Shown: piece after piece, positions 51,161-64,000 of the stretch
Numbering within the stretch: position 1 is the stretch's first letter
How the letters are laid out: every line of letters begins with the position of its first letter
Source of the DNA: Salpingoeca rosetta
Taxonomy: Eukaryota > Protista > Choanoflagellata
DNA length: 64,000 nucleotides
NCBI GenBank assembly: GCA_033442325.1
Contig: JAWQFM010000021.1
Coordinates: forward strand, 537,762 to 601,761
Direction of reading: 5' to 3'
Notes under the pieces: generated by a model
Databases searched by the model: none
Told to the model about the DNA's origin: nothing
The model's input: the letters and a program-made list of their open reading frames with translations, nothing else
Position numbers and translations under genes: made by a program

Positions 51161-52115
51161 CGGAGAAGCACGTCAGCGCACTTGTTCTTGGTTGCGAAGA
51201 AGATGGGGACGGCCACGCAGATGCCTTCGGGAATGTTGTGGATGGCGATGGCAATTGCAATCGGCGCACCCACCGCTGGGTCCTGCGCGTGTGCGGATGA
51301 ACGAACACGACGGGATTGAAGGCATAACAGTCTGGCAAAGCACCAAACGTTGCACACACACACGCATACACACACGCACACACACACACACACATACACG
51401 CACCTTTGCTGTGGCAACAAAGGTTGCCAAGCCCTCGGGGAAATTGTGCAGAGCGATGGCGGTGCCTGTAATCAACGCCATCACCAACAGCTCCTTCCCA
51501 GTCTTGCCCGTGTTGGCGTGGCCGTGCCCACCATCGCCAGCAGCGCTTTCATCATCGCCGCCACCGGCACCATCAGCACTGCCATGCACGCTGTCAGGCC
51601 CGTCGCTTCCATCACCGCTTTGCAAGAGCACGCTACCTGCCCGCTGTTCCTCACCCCGCAGCACACCGCTGTCACGGCCACGAGACCCGCTGCCGGCGTC
51701 ATCCAGCGCCCCGTAGTCGTCGCTGGCGTCGCCATCATCGGTCGATGACCGCAGCGGCCGCCGCGGGCTGTCGCTGTAGGTGATGATGGCGTGGTTGTCA
51801 TCGCCGTGTTGATGGCGGTGTGGGGTGAGGTGTGACTGAGGTGCAAGTAGGCATGCTGATGTTGCTGGCACAAAGGTCACCTCTTCAGCACACGCACGCA
51901 CGCATACACATGCACGTACTCTGGCTGTGCAAGGGCGCGGGTGTGGTGTGCCTGCGCCTGCATGTTGAGGAGATCCTGGCGGGCGTCCCCCATTCGCCGC
52001 TCCAGCACATCCAAGCGGCGGGCATGCATGCCGCCCTGTGCAGCAGCAGTCATTCGTCAATATGCATGTGAGAAGCACACACACACACACACTCACACAC
52101 ACACACACACACACG

Positions 52116-52206
<91 letters not shown>

Positions 52207-53433
52207 GCACGCACGCACGCATGCGAAGTAAAGACCACTGGAAGGTCCTCAAACGCACATGCACATGCACACACACACATGCACACACCTCTGGGGCGAG
52301 CGAGCTCTCATCTGTGTATTGCCGCTCAATAAGTCCCTGAAACAAGTAAGGAACACGCATGCGCGACGGAGACGTGTGAAGTAAGATACCGCCATTGCAA
52401 ACTCACATTAGGCATCACATCGCATCATGTGACATCACAACCACATCATGATGACACGCACACCAATCACGTGACCCAGGCACCCCCACGCATGTGCTGC
52501 TGACCTGCTTGAGCTCGTAGACTTCCTGTTGCCTGCCCCTCTGCTGCTGTTGCTGCTTCTCTTGCTGGCGCCTCTGCCGCGCTTCCTCGCCATAGTTGGC
52601 GTACAGGTAGTGGATGAGGCGATCCAGGAACCATGTGATGACAATCTGTGCACAACAGCAGGCGACACACACATATGGTGCGTGCAGGGTGACGTGGAGA
52701 ACACGTGCAGCATACCGAGCGCACAAGAAGCCCTGCAGAGGCAAACAGATATAATGCTGCTCCATACATCCCAACGCACACGCGCACACGCGCACACATG
52801 CACGCACACACAAGCACACACACACAAGCACGCACCCCGCCGAAGAAAGTGGCCGTTGTGGCAAAGTACGCCTCGGAAGGCGGCGTGTAATCGTCCACTG
52901 TGATGGCGCTGCGATTCACGCCACGCTCCTGGTCAAAGTACAGCTCAAACTCAGTCAATCCTGTGGTCATGGTCAGGCGGAAAGGGTGGACGTTAGAACG
53001 GTCAGAAGTGGCAGGTGTGGCGGGATAATAGGATGCGAGGTGAAGCAAAGAAGCGAGCGCCCCTTTCGGTGCAGTGTAGCAACGAACGAAACAACGAAAC
53101 AACGAAAAACAGAACACTGCATCCCCTATAACCTCTCCGAGACACACACACAGCCACACACACACACACACATACACACACATACACGCATACACATACA
53201 TACATACAAAAGAGTACACGGGGTCAGCCCACATTCACACCTTTACCTTTGAAGAAGATTTCTATGAAGGAGACGTAAAGCATGACGCCTGCAGCCAAAG
53301 CAAGACAGACGCCCAGGATGTGCGGCTTGTAGAACGAAGGGATGAACACAACCATGGCTCCCAGCAACGTGGCCATGCCAGACCCTGTGGTCACGGCAAA
53401 GGCCACAGCCAAGTCATGCGTCTCGCTCCCCAT
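50383..53433 (-). CDS. ZIP-family zinc transporter, ZupT/GufA type; multi-exon
   Basis: [85 protein letters not shown]; His-containing cytoplasmic loop. Confidence 0.93.
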
Positions 53434-54370
53434 CCCCGCAGCGGCTGTGAAGGGTGTTGTTGTTGTGTGCTGACAGGATGAATGAGCAAGGACTTGAGCA
53501 AGGACTGTTGTCATCATCAAATGTTTTGCAAATTGCACCCCTTCCAGCAAATGCATTTTATGGTGTCTTATTCAGCGCAGTGTTTTGCAAAACAGCCGCA
53601 GGCAAAAGAGCGGCGATGGCGGAGCGCACCAACACCAACACCGCAGGCAACAGCACAGGCGGCGATGCTTCGCCTCCCGAACACCTTCGAATGCGAAGTG
53701 CGTCAATCGTGGTGGTGGTGGTGGTGGTGGGAGAAGGCTTCGTTTTCGTGCATTTGTGCGCGCGTGTGTGCGTGTGGGTGTGTGGAAGAGGGATATTTCA
53801 GTGTTGGTAGTGGAGCCGGGTTTGGTCTCGTGCAAAACGAATAATAAGAAGGGTTGTAGGGAAGTCGCGTCCTGCGCAGTGGTTGTGCACACAATCAGTG
53901 TGTGTGTGTGGGAGCGGCTCGCGGTCGCTCTGATGTGCGAGACGATGGTGGTGGCAGTGTCCCCCCAACCGCGTGTGTGCACCTGTCAAATGTGTTTGTG
54001 CTAGTGGTAATTGGAGTGGATACAGTGCGTACTGCTGGACGTGCCAGCTTGACACTGTTGCAGTGCCAAATCTTTTCACCCATGCTCACACTATTCTCGC
54101 GCGCACTCATACACACTTCCTCACACCACACACACTCCCTCACACCTCACACCCACACTCCCTCACACCACACACTCATGTACACGTTCAAAATCCTGCG
54201 CACCTCTCCCCCCCCCCCTCCTTCCGCCCAAACTGTACACAGCTGTCCGCTCCAACTCAACACCAGGAACGCGGAGGCCGTCACGGCTCACGTCGTCATC
54301 GCGGCACTCACAGGTCACCGGCGCACAGTCGCCAACAGTGAGCCCCATTGCAAAGCAGCAGCGCGACGCA

Positions 54371-63691
<9,321 letters not shown>

Positions 63692-64000
63692 AGGTGTGCC
63701 GCTGTCGTATGCAGTGGCTGGTATTGGCATGGCTCATATCACGAATCACACACGCACCATACGCGAACACAGTTCAGGCAGTTGCTGCAGTGAAGTGTGT
63801 GTGCGTGTGTGTGTGTGCGTGTGTGTGTATGTGTGTGTGTGTGTTTGTGTGTGCGTGTGCGTGTGTGAGTGTGTGTACTTTGAGAACAGCGTCATGCCCA
63901 GCTTTCACGCTCACCGTCAGTCATTCTGGACACGTCATCTCACTACGTGCTCCCACGATCAACCACCAATCGCAATGATAATTCATCCCCTTTGCGCATC

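Overview
Eukaryotic, gene-dense and intron-rich DNA whose introns are packed with (GT)n/(CA)n, (GA)n and (CAA)n microsatellites. Style and gene content point to a choanoflagellate, most likely Salpingoeca rosetta (inference). The assembly is a draft with five N-gaps. About 15 spliced genes can be reconstructed: a receptor-like kinase with a periplasmic-binding-protein ectodomain, MED25, a PQQ/BamB-type beta-propeller membrane protein, eIF4A, a bacterial-type class V aminotransferase, thymidine kinase, a hypothetical gene, a Rim2/SLC25A36 carrier, REV7/MAD2L2, an amnionless homolog, a Pil1/Lsp1-like BAR protein, myosin-1D/G, a plant-TPK-like two-pore K+ channel with EF-hands, a ZupT/ZIP transporter and PAS kinase. 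The highlights are: (i) a tandem amnionless / Pil1-like BAR / Myo1D block that may be an apical membrane-uptake module; (ii) two compositionally foreign intronic inserts in microsatellite context, one bracketed by a ~95-bp direct repeat; (iii) a frameshifted Rab28-like exon abutting a PASK exon end next to a gap; (iv) paired E2F+CHR motifs upstream of TK; (v) polarised, self-complementary intron repeats. Exon boundaries were read by eye and homology was judged from memory, with no searches run. Most ORF-track entries are microsatellite translations.
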